Below are positions 62,650 to 64,000 of a stretch of 64,000 nucleotides of DNA, piece after piece. Within the stretch, counting starts at the first letter, position 1, and every line of letters starts with the position of its first letter. The stretch comes from Gemmatimonadales bacterium (GTDB taxonomy: Bacteria; Gemmatimonadota; Gemmatimonadetes; Gemmatimonadales; GWC2-71-9). A program made the translations under genes and the position numbers. The notes under the pieces were generated by a model. That model had not been told where the DNA came from and did not search any database. It worked only from the letters and a program-made list of their open reading frames with translations. The DNA lies in assembly GCA_036522815.1 (NCBI GenBank), contig DATDFC010000140.1:4243-68242 (forward strand). The letters run 5' to 3'.

Positions 62650-64000
62650 ATGCGGACATTCCAGAGCGGTTGCTGGCTGCTCGTGCTCGCGCTCCTCGCG
62701 GGTCCCGGCGCACGGGCGCAGGAGCCGCCAGCGGTGCGGGCGACCGCGCAGGGCCTCCTCCTGGACTTTCAGGATGCCGACCTCCGCCTGGTGTTGTCGG
62801 CGCTGGGCGAGGCAGGCCACCTGAACCTGGTCTACTCGGAGCTGCCCTCCCGGCACGTTACGCTCCGTACCAACCAGGCGGTGCCGGTTGAGCAGATCCT
62901 GCCCCTCTTGAAAAGTCTCGCGGCATCGAACGGCCTGAAGCTGACCGAAGACGGCGCGTTCGTGCGGATCGAAGACACCGGCCAGCGGGAAGCGCGGCCC
63001 GGCGCGGCGAAGGACACGGCGGCGCAGTCCGAGTTGCGGCTCTTTGTCTACCGCTTGAAGCACGCGCGGGCGGTGCGGCTCGCCTCCACCTTGCAGGCGA
63101 TCTTCGGCGGCGCGGCGACCCGGGAGAGCGGGCAAGGGTCATACGGACCCGCAACGCTCTCAGAAGGTCTGCGACAGCAACAAGTACCCCCGATGGACAC
63201 GACGCAAGCGCCGCGCGTGAACGTGCAGCTCGGCCCCGTTCGCGCGCCGGGACTGCCGGCCCGGCTGCAAGGCGAGGTGCAGATCGTCCCCGACGAGGCC
63301 ACGAACTCGCTCCTCATCCGGGCTCAGGCATCCGACTGGGAAATCATTCAGGAAACGATTCAGACCCTGGACCTCCGCCCACTCCAGGTGCTGATCGAGG
63401 TCCTGATCGCCGAGGTGCGGCACAGCAAGGACTTCAACCTCGGTGTCTCCGCCCGAGTGGGGAGCGATTCAGGAGCGACTGGGAACACGGCGAGCGCGTC
63501 GCTCCAGGGCAGCTCGACGGGCGATTTCGCGCTGCGCGTGATGCGGCTAGGGCGCGTGAATGTCGACGTCGCGATCTCCGCACTGGCCTCGACGGGCGAC
63601 GTTCGCATCGTATCCCGCCCCGTGCTCCTGGCACAGAACAACCAGGAATCGCGAATTCTCATCGGCTCCGAGCGGCCCTTTGTGCAGGTGTTCCGATCCC
63701 TGCCGACAGATGCGGCCGTGCGCGACCAGGTGATTCAGTACCGCGATGTCGGGACCAAGCTGACCCTGACGCCCACGATCAACGAGGATGGCTACGTCAA
63801 CCTCCAAGTCGTTCAGGAGGTGAGCAACGCCACGAACGAGACACAGTTCGGTGCGCCGATCATCAGTACCCGCGAAGCGGCCACCCATTTGTTCGTCCGG
63901 GACGGGCAGACCGCGGTGATCGGTGGGCTGGTGGATCACGAGATCGACCGGACGCGCTCCGGCGTACCTCTGCTCAAGGATCTACCCCTCGTGGGCGGGC
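62650..64000 (+). CDS. gspD: Type II secretion secretin GspD (N-terminal ~450 aa, truncated by window end)
   Basis: Hand translation from the ATG at 62650:
- MRTFQSGCWLLVLALLAGPGARA signal peptide.
- N0/N1 domains (LLLDFQDADLRLVLSALGEAGHLNLVY; LFVYRLKHARAVRLASTLQ; VQIVPDEATNSLLIRA).
- Secretin core (IVSRPVLLAQNNQESRILIG...VIQYRDVGTKLTLTP...STREAATHLFVRDGQTAVIGGL...GVPLLKDLPLVG). Confidence 0.85.
   Translation, partial: MRTFQSGCWLLVLALLAGPGARAQEPPAVRATAQGLLLDFQDADLRLVLSALGEAGHLNLVYSELPSRHVTLRTNQAVPVEQILPLLKSLAASNGLKLTEDGAFVRIEDTGQREARPGAAKDTAAQSELRLFVYRLKHARAVRLASTLQAIFGGAATRESGQGSYGPATLSEGLRQQQVPPMDTTQAPRVNVQLGPVRAPGLPARLQGEVQIVPDEATNSLLIRAQASDWEIIQETIQTLDLRPLQVLIEVLIAEVRHSKDFNLGVSARVGSDSGATGNTASASLQGSSTGDFALRVMRLGRVNVDVAISALASTGDVRIVSRPVLLAQNNQESRILIGSERPFVQVFRSLPTDAAVRDQVIQYRDVGTKLTLTPTINEDGYVNLQVVQEVSNATNETQFGAPIISTREAATHLFVRDGQTAVIGGLVDHEIDRTRSGVPLLKDLPLVGG

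Overview
High-GC bacterial chromosomal segment; the taxon cannot be determined from this window alone. All calls come from reading the sequence and ORF translations by eye. No database search was run, so family names are recognitions from motifs. Start codons were refined by hand using ATGA/GTGA overlaps and Shine-Dalgarno sequences.

Layout:
- 1-600: relic of a molybdopterin oxidoreductase gene fused to a decayed copy of an integrase 3' tail plus the 5' half of tRNA-Trp.
- 0.7-5.3 kb: JAB-like gene, PAS-LuxR regulator and a cupredoxin cluster.
- 5.4-20.3 kb: twelve co-directional minus-strand genes for the pentose-phosphate pathway and glycogen metabolism (dsbA-like, HAD, tal, pgi, tkt, glgA, glk, GH15, gnd, zwf, rpiA, pgl), heavily start/stop-overlapped.
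- 20.6-26.2 kb: mosaic of small accessory genes, including a recent duplicate of the 2.4-3.1 kb segment and a comA relic.
- 26.4-31.9 kb: PQQ dehydrogenase, an atypical two-subunit haem-copper oxidase, CtaG and trpS.
- 32.2-32.6 kb: integrase C-terminal relic, intact tRNA-Trp(CCA) and terminator.
- 32.6-35.3 kb: visibly lower-GC islet carrying a four-gene operon (small protein, DUF5131/Gp37-Gp68, TcmP-like, T5orf172/GIY-YIG-like).
- 35.5-47.3 kb: hdeD-like gene, two S1C proteases with a pseudo-receiver regulator, ArsR with an RND efflux triplet, a serine hydrolase, a TMEM175-like channel and a NarL-type regulator.
- 47.6-56.3 kb: 2579-aa teneurin-like RHS/YD polymorphic toxin with two putative immunity genes.
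- 56.4 kb to the window end: type II secretion cluster (gspG-F-H-I-J-K-L-M-x-D, secretin truncated by the window edge).

No rRNA, CRISPR array, transposase or intact integrase was seen.

Most interesting observations:
- The tRNA-flanking DUF5131/TcmP/GIY-YIG islet.
- An unrecognised ~80-nt element present four times, always upstream of and co-oriented with an operon.
- A ~32-kb interval bracketed by a direct repeat of the integrase tail plus tRNA-Trp 5' half.
- A haem-copper oxidase that lacks the cross-linked Tyr.
- The RHS toxin cassette, which shows an internal GC break and sits directly against the T2SS operon.
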